DNA from: Acutalibacteraceae bacterium
GTDB lineage: Bacteria; Bacillota; Clostridia; Oscillospirales; Acutalibacteraceae
Assembly (NCBI GenBank): GCA_045537315.1
Contig: JAZSPF010000042.1
Coordinates: 1 to 44,054 of the forward strand
Direction: 5' to 3'
DNA length: 44,054 nucleotides
A program made the position numbers and the translations under genes. The notes below the pieces were generated by a model. The model was not told where the DNA came from, ran no database searches, and saw only the letters and a list, made by a program, of their open reading frames with translations. Below, in pieces: positions 1 to 8,914 of this stretch. The stretch's first letter is position 1. Every line of letters begins with the position of its first letter.

Positions 1-108
1 CAGATTTTAATGACTTTTAAAGTTATTTACTATAAAATGAAATCAAGGAGGTGAGAATTATGTAAGTGCATAACAAACAAAGCCACATTGATTTAAGGAG
101 TTGAAAAA

Positions 109-654
109 ATGAAAACTATTGAAATTAAAATAAAAGAACGAGAATTTAAGTTCAAAGAAAGTGATTTCACTTTTATCGGTATAGCCGTAACGGTTATTCT
201 CTATGTTATGAATGTTATCGGCACCGGCGTAATTGTCGGCGGCGACATAGGACATATTGGCACGGGGCTTCCTTTTTACGGCTTTGTTGCACCCATTCTG
301 TTTATAGCTTTTGCCGCATTTGTCGGTTATTATACAAAACGAAATGCAATGAAAAAGGCTTTCATTGCATTATATGTGACATTGATTTTGCCGTTTGTAG
401 CAGAGGCGGTACTTATACCGGTGGCTTCCGGACCTGTCAGTACACCTTTAATTATTATACCGATGTTTTTAGCTATGCCCCTGAATTCTTTAGCTACCTA
501 TCTTTTTGATGCTATAGAGGAACTGGCACGTACTCTGCATGTAAACAGTGACTTTTTGGCCGGAGCAATTATCCCTGCTTCATTACTTCTGCCTTTAGCA
601 ACGGCTCCTATTGTCTACAGGTTTATACCGGAAAAAGGAGATGAAAAAATATGA
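109..654 (+). CDS. multi-pass membrane protein, tandem paralog 1 of 3 (family not recognised)
   Basis: 181-aa ORF with AGGAG 8 nt upstream of the ATG. Several hydrophobic segments. Roughly four-fifths identical by eye to the next ORF. Its stop overlaps the next start (ATGA). Confidence 0.75.
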   Translation: MKTIEIKIKEREFKFKESDFTFIGIAVTVILYVMNVIGTGVIVGGDIGHIGTGLPFYGFVAPILFIAFAAFVGYYTKRNAMKKAFIALYVTLILPFVAEAVLIPVASGPVSTPLIIIPMFLAMPLNSLATYLFDAIEELARTLHVNSDFLAGAIIPASLLLPLATAPIVYRFIPEKGDEKI

Positions 655-1193
655 AAAATATTAATATCAATAAAAACATTAATATCAATATTAAACTCAA
701 AGAAAGCGACTTTGCTTTTATCGGTGTAGCCGTAACGGTTATTCTTTATGTTATGAATGTTTTAGGTACAGGTATAATTGTGGGCGGCGATGTGGGTCGC
801 ATTGGAAGGGGACTTCCTTTTTACGGTTTTGTTGCTCCCGTGCTGTTTATAGCTTTAGCCGCCTTTGTCGGATATTATACAAAACGAAATGCAATGAAAA
901 ATGCTTTCATCGCAATATATGTGACTTTGCTTTTGCCGTTTGTAGCAGAGGCGCTACTTATACCGGTGGCTTCCGGACCTGTCAGTACACCTTTAATTGT
1001 TATACCGATGTTTTTAGCTATGCCACTGAATTCTTTAGCTACCTATCTTTTTGATGTTATAGGAGAAGTAGGAAGGCTGTTGCATTTAAACGATGATTTT
1101 TTAGCCGGAGCAATAGTACCCTTTTCACTGCTCCTACCTTTAGCAACAGCACCGATTGTTTACAGAGTCACAAGGATAAAAGGAGATGAATAA
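651..1193 (+). CDS. multi-pass membrane protein, tandem paralog 2 of 3
   Basis: 180-aa ORF with AGGAG upstream. N-terminus is MKNININKNININIK followed by a conserved hydrophobic core shared with paralog 1. Confidence 0.75.
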   Translation: MKNININKNININIKLKESDFAFIGVAVTVILYVMNVLGTGIIVGGDVGRIGRGLPFYGFVAPVLFIALAAFVGYYTKRNAMKNAFIAIYVTLLLPFVAEALLIPVASGPVSTPLIVIPMFLAMPLNSLATYLFDVIGEVGRLLHLNDDFLAGAIVPFSLLLPLATAPIVYRVTRIKGDE

Positions 1194-1194
1194 A

Positions 1195-1722
1195 ATGAAA
1201 AATATTAACATTAACAAAAACATCAATATCAATATTAAGCTCAAAGAAAGCGACTTTGCTTTTATCGGAGTAGCCGTAACGGTTATACTTTATGTTATGA
1301 ATGTTATCGGCACCGGCTTAATCGTCGGCGGCGATATAGGATACATGGATACAGAAATTCCTTTTTACGGCTTTGTCGCTCCCGTGCTGTTTATAGCTTT
1401 AGCCGCATTTGTCGGTTATTATACAAAGAAACATTCAATGAAAAATGCTTTTAAAGCAACATATATAACATTAGCTTTGCCTTTTGCTGCTTATCCGTTT
1501 GTGTTTCTTTTTACAGGTACGCCTCTTATGTTGCTTCCCATGTATTTATGTATGCCTGTAGGGTCTTTGTTCTATTATCTTCAGGAAGAAATATGTGAGC
1601 TTATGGATGTTCCGACTTATGAGGCTACATGGCTGATGTTTCTTATCATAGCAGTTATGCTTATACCGCTGATAGTTGCACCTGTGGTTTATCGATTTAC
1701 CTCCAAAAGAGAAGAAGCATAA
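1195..1722 (+). CDS. multi-pass membrane protein, tandem paralog 3 of 3 (C-terminal half diverged)
   Basis: Start moved from 1186 to the ATG at 1195, which aligns with the paralog 2 N-terminus (MKNININKN) and lies 9 nt after AGGAG. The first ~85 aa are near-identical to paralog 2 and the remainder has diverged. Confidence 0.7.
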   Translation: MKNININKNININIKLKESDFAFIGVAVTVILYVMNVIGTGLIVGGDIGYMDTEIPFYGFVAPVLFIALAAFVGYYTKKHSMKNAFKATYITLALPFAAYPFVFLFTGTPLMLLPMYLCMPVGSLFYYLQEEICELMDVPTYEATWLMFLIIAVMLIPLIVAPVVYRFTSKREEA

Positions 1723-1762
1723 AAACATACGCAGTCGTCCTCGGACGGCTGCGTATGTTTTT
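1723..1762. terminator. bidirectional rho-independent terminator between convergent genes
   Basis: Hairpin AAAAACATACGCAGTCGTCC / GGACGGCTGCGTATGTTTTT with an A-run and a T-run flanking it. Confidence 0.8.
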
Positions 1763-2408
1763 AACTGTATATAATTTCTTTTACTTCATCACAGGTATGT
1801 GCAATAAAATCACATCCTGCCTCGGTCAGCTCACTTTCCGAGCGGAAACCCCATGTGATACCTATACATTTAAGATTTGCATTGTGTGCTGTCTGCACAT
1901 CAACCTCGCTGTCGCCGATATATACGGCAGAGTACCTGTCGGCACCGAAATGCTCTAAAGCTTTAATGACATTTACGGGGTTCGGCTTTCTTTCACTTTC
2001 AACTGAGACACCTATAGCCTCGTCAATAAGACCGGGGAAATAATCCTCGCATAGCTCTTTCACAGCCTCGTGGAGCTTGTTTGACACAACGGCGATTTTA
2101 ATGCCTTCATCCCTGAGGGTTTTGAGCAAATCTGTCACACCCTCAAAGGGAGCTGTCATATCTCTCATGTGAACGAGATAATATTCTCTGAAAACCGCCA
2201 GACATTCTGCATTGGTTTTCTCGTCGGTACCCTCGGGAGTGGCTCTCTCAATAAGCTTTTTCACACCGTTGCCTATGAAGGCTCTTACTTCATCAAGGCT
2301 TCTTTCGGGGAAGCTGAACTCCCTCATAGCGAAGTTTACCGCCGCGTGAAGGTCGCCCAAGGTGTCAAGGAGTGTGCCGTCCAAATCAAATATTGCTAAT
2401 GAATACAT
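1761..2408 (-). CDS. HAD-superfamily phosphatase (phosphoglycolate phosphatase / PpaX-like)
   Basis: Motif I FDLDGTLLDT near the N-terminus and a later GDSxxD motif (IGDSEVDV). Start trimmed to MYSLAIFDLDG at 2408, which removes the overlap with glgP. Confidence 0.8.
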   Translation of the reverse strand: MYSLAIFDLDGTLLDTLGDLHAAVNFAMREFSFPERSLDEVRAFIGNGVKKLIERATPEGTDEKTNAECLAVFREYYLVHMRDMTAPFEGVTDLLKTLRDEGIKIAVVSNKLHEAVKELCEDYFPGLIDEAIGVSVESERKPNPVNVIKALEHFGADRYSAVYIGDSEVDVQTAHNANLKCIGITWGFRSESELTEAGCDFIAHTCDEVKEIIYS

Positions 2409-2409
2409 A

Positions 2410-4815
2410 TTATCTGACAGGCTTTGTGTTCCAGATGTCTCTTGCATAGTCGCCGATTGCACGGTCAGCGGCAAAGCGGCCTGCACCTGCAATATTCATA
2501 AGGGACATTCTGTTCCATGTTTCTCTGTCTTTCCACACTTCGTCAATCTTCTTCTGAGCTGCTCTGTAATCTGCAAAGTCAGCAAGTACCATATAGGGGT
2601 CGTGGTGGATAATTGTGTTGCCGATTTCGGGGAACTGTTTACCGCCGATACCTGCCTGAATAAACTCGATAACGCGTCTGAGTTCGGCGTTGTTGTTAAA
2701 GTAATTCATCGGCTGATAGCCGCGTCTCTTAAGGTCATTTACTACGGGTGTTGTCATACCGAAGAGGAACATATTGTCATCGCTGACTGCCTCGTGGATT
2801 TCAACGTTAGCACCGTCGAGAGTGCCGAGAGTGAGAGCACCGTTAATCATAAACTTCATGTTACCGGTACCGCTTGCCTCAGTACCTGCAAGAGAAATCT
2901 GCTCACTGACATCGGCAGCGGGCATAAGTCTTTCGGCCATTGTTACGTTGTAATCTTCAAGATAAACAACCTTGAGTCTGCCCTTCATGTCGGGGTCATT
3001 GTTGACAAGCTGTGAAAGAGCGCAGATAAACTCGATAATCTTCTTAGCCATAAAGTAGCCTGAAGCTGCCTTTGCGCCGAAGATATATGTTCTGGGCACA
3101 TAGTCACCGTCGGGGTTATCTTTGATTTCAAGGTACCTTGCCACAATCTGAAGTGCGTTCAGGTGCTGACGCTTGTATTCGTGAAGACGCTTGACCTGTA
3201 CATCAAAAATTGAATTCGGGTCAAGAACAACGCCTGTCTGCTTCTTAACAAGAGCAGCAAAAGCCTTCTTATTGTTTGTCTTGATTTTTTCAATGTTCTT
3301 GAGAACTTTCTTATCCTTTGCAAACTTTCTCAGGTCCTCAAGTTTGTCTGCATTATAGATAAAGTTGTCGCCGATAAGCTCGGTGATGTATGCTGTAAGC
3401 TCAGGGTTAGCCTGACAGAGCCAACGTCTGTGAGCAATACCGTTTGTCACATTCTTGAATTTATCGGGAGTCAGGTTGTAGTAGGAATTGAAAACAGTAT
3501 CCTTGAGAATCTGTGAGTGAAGAGCTGAAACGCCGTTGACACTGTGGCAGGTAGCAACACAGAGGTTAGCCATTCTTACTACACCGCCTGAGATAATTGC
3601 CATTTCTTCAACCTTGCCTGCATCAAAGGTGGTGTTCCAGATGTAGCTGCGATATCTGTTGTCGATTTCCTTGATAATCTGATAAATTCTGGGAAGAAGG
3701 CTTCTTACGAGGTCTTCGCTCCAGCATTCGAGAGCTTCCTTCATAACCGTGTGGTTAGTGTAAGCTGTTGTTTTTGTTACGATATTCCATGCATCATCCC
3801 AGCTGTAGCCGCACTCGTCAAGAAGAATTCTCATAAGCTCGGGGATTGAAAGTGTGGGATGTGTGTCGTTGATGTGGATAGCATTCTTTTCGGGGAGTGA
3901 GTCAACACTGCCGAAGTGACGAAGGTGTCTGTTGACAATATCCTGAATTGAAGCTGAAACAAGGAAGTACTGCTGCTTGAGACGAAGTGACTTGCCTTCG
4001 GGATGATTGTCTGAGGGATAAAGCACCTTGCTGATAACCTCAGCCATAGCCTGCTGCTCAACAGCCTTCATATACTGACCCTGGTCAAAAAGTCTCATAT
4101 CAAGTGAGGGAGCCTTACTCTTCCACAGACGAAGAATTGAGATGCCTCTGCCGTCTTTACCGCTAACAAACATATCATAGGGCACAGCGATAATGTCACT
4201 TGTGTTTCTGTATTCAACACTGTGGTACTGATTATCCCAATTGTCGATTACTTCACCGCCAAAACGTACTGTAAAGGTGTCTTTTTCTCTGGGTGCGAGC
4301 CACACTTCACCGCCGGGAAGCCAGAAGTCGGGAAGCTCAGTCTGCCAACCGTCAATAAGCTTCTGCTTGAAGATGCCGCACTCATAAAGAATACTGTAGC
4401 CCATGCCGTAATAGCCCTGAGTTGCAAGACCGTCGAGATAGCAGGCGGCAAGTCTGCCCAGACCGCCGTTGCCGAGACCTGCATCAGGCTCACAGTCATA
4501 GAGCTTTTCAAGCTTGATGCCGAAATCCTTGAGGGCATCTGTCATTACCTTTGTCAGGTTAAGATTATAAAGGTTGTTCTTGAGTGAACGACCCATAAGG
4601 AATTCCATGCTGAGGTAGTATATTTTCTTTGAGTTAACGTTATTTGCTTCAGCTCTGAATTCACGCACACCCTCGTGCATAAGCTCTCTGACAACAAGAG
4701 CAACTGCCTTGTAGTACTGCTCATCGGTTGCTTCCTGTGTAGAAACACCGAAGTAGTGTGAAAGCTTGCCGGAAATTAAATCCTTTGCTTGCTTCTTTGT
4801 AAGTGAATAATTCAT
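2410..4815 (-). CDS. glgP: glycogen/maltodextrin phosphorylase
   Basis: 801 aa. PLP-lysine signature EASGTGNMKFMINGALTLGTLDGANVE. GGAGG 6 nt upstream of the ATG. Confidence 0.95.
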   Translation of the reverse strand: MNYSLTKKQAKDLISGKLSHYFGVSTQEATDEQYYKAVALVVRELMHEGVREFRAEANNVNSKKIYYLSMEFLMGRSLKNNLYNLNLTKVMTDALKDFGIKLEKLYDCEPDAGLGNGGLGRLAACYLDGLATQGYYGMGYSILYECGIFKQKLIDGWQTELPDFWLPGGEVWLAPREKDTFTVRFGGEVIDNWDNQYHSVEYRNTSDIIAVPYDMFVSGKDGRGISILRLWKSKAPSLDMRLFDQGQYMKAVEQQAMAEVISKVLYPSDNHPEGKSLRLKQQYFLVSASIQDIVNRHLRHFGSVDSLPEKNAIHINDTHPTLSIPELMRILLDECGYSWDDAWNIVTKTTAYTNHTVMKEALECWSEDLVRSLLPRIYQIIKEIDNRYRSYIWNTTFDAGKVEEMAIISGGVVRMANLCVATCHSVNGVSALHSQILKDTVFNSYYNLTPDKFKNVTNGIAHRRWLCQANPELTAYITELIGDNFIYNADKLEDLRKFAKDKKVLKNIEKIKTNNKKAFAALVKKQTGVVLDPNSIFDVQVKRLHEYKRQHLNALQIVARYLEIKDNPDGDYVPRTYIFGAKAASGYFMAKKIIEFICALSQLVNNDPDMKGRLKVVYLEDYNVTMAERLMPAADVSEQISLAGTEASGTGNMKFMINGALTLGTLDGANVEIHEAVSDDNMFLFGMTTPVVNDLKRRGYQPMNYFNNNAELRRVIEFIQAGIGGKQFPEIGNTIIHHDPYMVLADFADYRAAQKKIDEVWKDRETWNRMSLMNIAGAGRFAADRAIGDYARDIWNTKPVR

Positions 4816-4994
4816 ACAAAACCTCCAAAATTATCTATAGAAAACATTAGTTTTTCTTATTTATATGGTTATTTTATACTAAAATTGAGAGAATTTCAAT
4901 AGTAAGAGACAAAAATAGTCAAGTCTGTTATATATGACAGAAAAAAAGGGAGCTTTTAGTGCTATTTAACGATAAAAAGCGGTAAATTTTGCAT

Positions 4995-5110
4995 GGGGGG
5001 CGGCTCCGCTGCCGAAGCGGTGCTTCGGCAAGCGACGCTGTCGCACAAAATCGCAAAGCGATTTTTGCGGAGCCGCCGCCCGCTTCATCACACTGACATA
5101 AATCGTCAGC
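4995..5110 (-). repeat. four-helix-junction repeat, copy A (with 5' CTGAC/GTCAG hairpin module)
   Basis: Read on the minus strand: P1 GGCGGCTCCGC/GCGGAGCCGCC, P2 AAAATCGC-TTT-GCGATTTT, P3 GCGAC-AGC-GTCGC, P4 TGCCGAAGC-ACC-GCTTCGGCA. Same architecture as the copies at 21515 and 43884. Confidence 0.85.
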
Positions 5111-5169
5111 AAGCAAACTGCAAATTTTTGCCATGTTATATAAAGGAACTGTTTTGATTTATATTTTCA

Positions 5170-5198
5170 TTGACAAAACTTAAGATAAATGATATAGT
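5170..5198 (+). promoter_or_regulatory. sigma-A type promoter candidate for glnA
   Basis: TTGACA (5170-5175), 17-nt spacer, TATAGT (5193-5198), about 48 nt upstream of the glnA ATG. Confidence 0.5.
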
Positions 5199-5245
5199 TA
5201 TCTAGAATATAATCAAGTTATTTCCCGAAAGAAAGAGGAGAGATT

Positions 5246-6577
5246 ATGGCAAAATACACCAAAGAGGATATAATCCGTATAACAAAAGAGGAGCAGGTTG
5301 ATTTCATCTGCCTGCAGTTTACCGATATTCTCGGTATGCTCAAAAGTGTGAGCATAACCACAAGCCAGCTTGAAAAGGCTTTGGGTAACGGCTGTATGTT
5401 TGACGGCTCATCAATTGACGGCTTTGTCAGAATTGAAGAAAGCGACATGAGCTTACATCCTGATCTTGACTCTTTTGTAATCCTTCCCTGGGACGAGACA
5501 TCAGGCAAGACTGCAAGACTTATCTGCGATGTTTATAAGGCAGACGGCACACCCTTTGAGGGCGACCCCAGATATGTTTTAAGACGTGCTATCAAGCGTG
5601 CGTCAGATATGGGCTACACCTGCTGTGTGGGCCCCGAGTGTGAGTTTTTCCTTTTCCATCTTGACGAGCAGGGCAAGGCAACCACAAAGACTTATGACCA
5701 CGGCGGATACTTTGATTTAGGTCCCGTTGACAGAGGTGAGAGATGCAGAAAGGATATCTGTCTCTGTCTTGAAAAAATGGGCTTTGAAATTGAGGCATCG
5801 CACCATGAAAATGCTATTGCTCAGCACGAGATTGACTTCAAATATGACGAAGTTCTCAGAACAGCTGACAATGTTATGACTTTCAAATATGTTGTCAAGA
5901 ACCTTGCCAATTCCCACGGTCTTTATGCAACCTTTATGCCCAAGCCCATTTACGGTATCTGCGGCTCAGGTATGCATATAAACATCTCACTTTTCAAAGA
6001 CGGAGTAAATGCTTTCTGTGACAGTGAAGACAATGCAGGTCTGAGCAGTGTTGCATATAACTTCATTGCAGGTGTAATGCATCACATCAAGGCAATCACC
6101 GTTATCACAAACCCTATAGTCAACTCATATAAGAGACTTGTTCCCGGCTATGAGGCACCCGTATATATCGCATGGTCAGCCAAAAACAGAAGTCCCCTTG
6201 TGCGTATCCCCACTGCAAGAGGTGCAGGCACAAGAATTGAGCTTCGCAACCCGGACCCCTCTGCAAACCCCTATCTTGTTATGGCGGCAGTTCTGCAGGC
6301 AGGTCTTGACGGTATAGAAAAGAGTATGACTCCTCCCTCACCTAAGGATTCAAACATTTTCCATCTTACTCCCGATGAGAGAAAAGCAGAGGGTATCCAC
6401 TCACTGCCCAAGACACTCTATGATGCAATAAGAGAATTCAAATACAGCGACTTTGCAAAAATGGCAGTAGGTGAACATGTTTTTGAGAAGTATGTTGAAG
6501 CCAAAGAAGAAGAGTGGAAGGAATACAGCACACGAGTTTCCCAGTGGGAAATCGATAAGTATTTAGGTAAATATTGA
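5246..6577 (+). CDS. glnA: glutamine synthetase, type I
   Basis: 443 aa, the typical Firmicutes GS length. KPIYGICGSGMHINISLF ATP-binding region. GAGGAG RBS. Confidence 0.95.
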   Translation: MAKYTKEDIIRITKEEQVDFICLQFTDILGMLKSVSITTSQLEKALGNGCMFDGSSIDGFVRIEESDMSLHPDLDSFVILPWDETSGKTARLICDVYKADGTPFEGDPRYVLRRAIKRASDMGYTCCVGPECEFFLFHLDEQGKATTKTYDHGGYFDLGPVDRGERCRKDICLCLEKMGFEIEASHHENAIAQHEIDFKYDEVLRTADNVMTFKYVVKNLANSHGLYATFMPKPIYGICGSGMHINISLFKDGVNAFCDSEDNAGLSSVAYNFIAGVMHHIKAITVITNPIVNSYKRLVPGYEAPVYIAWSAKNRSPLVRIPTARGAGTRIELRNPDPSANPYLVMAAVLQAGLDGIEKSMTPPSPKDSNIFHLTPDERKAEGIHSLPKTLYDAIREFKYSDFAKMAVGEHVFEKYVEAKEEEWKEYSTRVSQWEIDKYLGKY

Positions 6578-6583
6578 TATTTC

Positions 6584-6613
6584 ACAGGGCAAGGAAAAAC
6601 TTGCCCTGTTTTA
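6584..6613 (+). terminator. rho-independent terminator after glnA
   Basis: ACAGGGCAAG-gaaaaa-CTTGCCCTGT followed by TTTT. Confidence 0.7.
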
Positions 6614-6644
6614 CCCCAAAAAACAAGGAGAAAACAGGCAAATT

Positions 6645-7691
6645 ATGGATTATAAAATTAACCCCTATGCATATAAAAATATTTTTGCCGTACCTGCCTG
6701 CGTAGTTGACGATAACATACGTCTTGCAAGTGTGTTACAACTGAAAGTAATGCTCTATATGCTTCGCCATGCGGACAGTGACCCCGACTCTGCTGAAATT
6801 GCCTCAGCCTTAGGCTATGACAAAACCGATGTTGAGGATGCAATGATATTCTGGTCAGAAAGAGGCCTTCTGACAAAAGAAAACGAAGAAGCAAAGCCCC
6901 TTTTACATATTGAGAGTGTTGCCGAGGTTAAAATTGAGCCTGTGGCAGTGTCGGAAAAGGAGATTCGCAAGGTAAGCGATATCCCTATTTCAAGACCCAG
7001 CTATGAGCAGATAGCAGTCAGACTTCAGGAATGTAAAGAATTCGCAGATCTTTTTGCCGAGGCTCAGAAAGCTTTGGGCAAAACCATAGGCTACGACGGT
7101 CAGTCGGTGCTTATTATGATGCACGACAGCTACGGCTTACCATTTGAGGTTATACTTATGGCAGTGGAATATGCTGTTTCACAGAAGAAAACAGGCTTTT
7201 CCTCAATTGCAAAAATCGGCAAAAGCTGGAGCGAACTTGGCATCGACACCCTTGAGGGCGCTATGGAGTATATTGAAGAGCACAATGTAGTGAATGAAAC
7301 CTGGAATAAGCTTCGCTCACTGACAGATATAACCAACAGAGTACCCACAGAAAAGCAGAGAAAGCTTCTCACCTGCTGGATAAAGGAATACGGCTATGAC
7401 GCTGATATGATTTATTACGCTTATGAGGAAACTATCAACGCTACGGGCAAAATGAGCCTGCCATATATGGACAAAATAATAAGGAACTGGCACGAAAAAG
7501 GTGTTAAGACACCTATGGATATACAGAAGGAAAAAGCCAAGTGGCTTGAAGCAAGAGAAAGCAAAAAGCCTCAGAAAAAAACTCAGAACAAAAACACTCC
7601 CGACCTTTTAAAGGATGAACCCTCCTATGATATGGATGCATTCACAAAAAAAGCAATCGGTCTCAAGTACACCAAACCAAAGTCAAACTAA
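6645..7691 (+). CDS. DnaD-domain replication initiation/helicase-loading protein (B. subtilis DnaB/DnaD-like)
   Basis: 348 aa with two DnaD/DnaB_2-like segments (YGLPFEVILMAVEYAV..., MIYYAYEETI...IIRNWHEKGVKT). Immediately upstream of a DnaI-like ATPase, as in the dnaB-dnaI operon. Confidence 0.7.
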   Translation: MDYKINPYAYKNIFAVPACVVDDNIRLASVLQLKVMLYMLRHADSDPDSAEIASALGYDKTDVEDAMIFWSERGLLTKENEEAKPLLHIESVAEVKIEPVAVSEKEIRKVSDIPISRPSYEQIAVRLQECKEFADLFAEAQKALGKTIGYDGQSVLIMMHDSYGLPFEVILMAVEYAVSQKKTGFSSIAKIGKSWSELGIDTLEGAMEYIEEHNVVNETWNKLRSLTDITNRVPTEKQRKLLTCWIKEYGYDADMIYYAYEETINATGKMSLPYMDKIIRNWHEKGVKTPMDIQKEKAKWLEARESKKPQKKTQNKNTPDLLKDEPSYDMDAFTKKAIGLKYTKPKSN

Positions 7692-7703
7692 GAAGGTGAA
7701 AAT

Positions 7704-8681
7704 ATGTCTTACAAAAGAAGCGTATATATAAAAGCAAAGGAAATTCTCAGCCAGAGAAAAGCTAAAGCTGAAAGAGAGGCAGATATGCGTCACTCAGCTG
7801 CCGTTGCCGCCTGTCCTGAAATTCTCGCCGTGGAAAGAGAAATGGCTTCACACGGTGCCGATGTTGTCAAAGCTGTTGGTATGGGAGCAAATCTTGATGA
7901 ATACATCATGTCACTTGCAAAGGCTAATCTTAAGGCTCAGGCTAAAAGAAAAGAGCTTCTTGTGGGAGCAGGCTTCCCTGAGGATTATCTTGAGACGAAA
8001 TATAACTGCGAAATCTGCAAAGACACTGGATTCAATAAGGAGTTTTATTGTCAGTGCTACCGCAAGCTCATAAGAGATGTTGCCAGAGAAGAGATGGGTG
8101 CAAACTCACCTCTTAAGACCTGCACCTTCCGGAGCTTCCGTCTTGACAGGTATCCCGATGTAACAGACACCGCAATAGGTGTAAACCAGCGTGAGCATAT
8201 GAAAAACACCTACGAATACCTTAAAGACTACGCGGAAAACTTCACTCCCGATTCACAGGGCCTTTTTATGTACGGCAAAACAGGTCTTGGAAAAACACAC
8301 CTCTCACTTGCTATTGCAAATGTGGTTATTGATAGAGGCTATGATGTTTACTACGGCAGTGTACAGTCAATAATGGATAAGCTTGAGGCTGAGCATTTCG
8401 GCAGACTGCCCAGAGAAGACAGCATCAAAGAGGATATTCTCACATGTGACCTGCTTATTATTGATGACCTTGGCACAGAGTTTTCAACTCAGTATACCAA
8501 TGCAGAGCTTTATAACATAATAAACAGCAGAATTCTCTCTTCACTGCCTACAATTATAAGCACTAACCTTGCCATAAGCGAGATTGCTGACAGATATACC
8601 CAGCGTGTGGCATCAAGAATTATCGGCAGCAGCATGGCGGTATATTTCTGCGGTAAAGACATAAGACAAATTATGAATTAG
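7704..8681 (+). CDS. dnaI: DnaI/DnaC-like helicase loader ATPase
   Basis: Walker A GKTGLGKTHL and Walker B LLIIDDLG. N-terminal Cys cluster CEICKDTGF...CQCY. GAAGGTGA RBS. Confidence 0.8.
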   Translation: MSYKRSVYIKAKEILSQRKAKAEREADMRHSAAVAACPEILAVEREMASHGADVVKAVGMGANLDEYIMSLAKANLKAQAKRKELLVGAGFPEDYLETKYNCEICKDTGFNKEFYCQCYRKLIRDVAREEMGANSPLKTCTFRSFRLDRYPDVTDTAIGVNQREHMKNTYEYLKDYAENFTPDSQGLFMYGKTGLGKTHLSLAIANVVIDRGYDVYYGSVQSIMDKLEAEHFGRLPREDSIKEDILTCDLLIIDDLGTEFSTQYTNAELYNIINSRILSSLPTIISTNLAISEIADRYTQRVASRIIGSSMAVYFCGKDIRQIMN

Positions 8682-8751
8682 GAAATATGAATTATGAATT
8701 GCAGCTCGGTTCGCTTGGGACTGGGCTGCAAAAATAATTTTACGAAACTAC

Positions 8752-8780
8752 TTGATTATAATATAAGTTTTGAGTATAAT
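8752..8780 (+). promoter_or_regulatory. promoter candidate for tRNA-Thr
   Basis: TTGATT, 17 nt, TATAAT (8775-8780), 13 nt before the mature tRNA 5' end. Confidence 0.55.
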
Positions 8781-8793
8781 TAAATTCACATCT

Positions 8794-8869
8794 GCTGGAA
8801 TAGCTCAGTTGGTAGAGCAGCGCATTCGTAATGCGCAGGTCGCGTGTTCGAGTCACGTTTCCAGCTCCA
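8794..8869 (+). tRNA. tRNA-Thr (anticodon CGT), CCA encoded
   Basis: 76 nt. Acceptor GCTGGAA/TTCCAGC, D arm GCTC-AGTTGGTA-GAGC, anticodon stem GCGCA/TGCGC with loop TTCGTAA, T arm GCGTG-TTCGAGT-CACGT, then discriminator T plus CCA. Confidence 0.93.
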
Positions 8870-8871
8870 CG

Positions 8872-8912
8872 AAAAAAGCCACCTTTGTCAGGTAGACAAA
8901 GGTGGCTTTTTT
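8872..8912. terminator. rho-independent terminator after tRNA-Thr (symmetric A/T flanks)
   Basis: AAAAAAGCCACCTTTGTC-aggta-GACAAAGGTGGCTTTTTT. Confidence 0.8.
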
Positions 8913-8914
8913 GA

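Noticed and set aside
2362-3015. 217-aa plus-strand ORF, and many similar 60-190 aa ORFs antisense to or out of frame with large genes (e.g. 15942-16397, 25564-26091, 26046-26618, 28584-29126, 29735-30244, 35642-36109, 37531-37968, 33140-33757).
   Set aside because: They lie entirely inside strongly supported genes with clear family motifs on the other strand or frame. They lack RBSs and have skewed low-complexity composition. They are shadow ORFs.
5140-5245. GlnR/TnrA-type operator (TGTNAN7TNACA), riboswitch or T-box leader upstream of glnA.
   Set aside because: I found no match to the operator consensus. The predicted 5' UTR is only about 40 nt, too short for a riboswitch or T-box.
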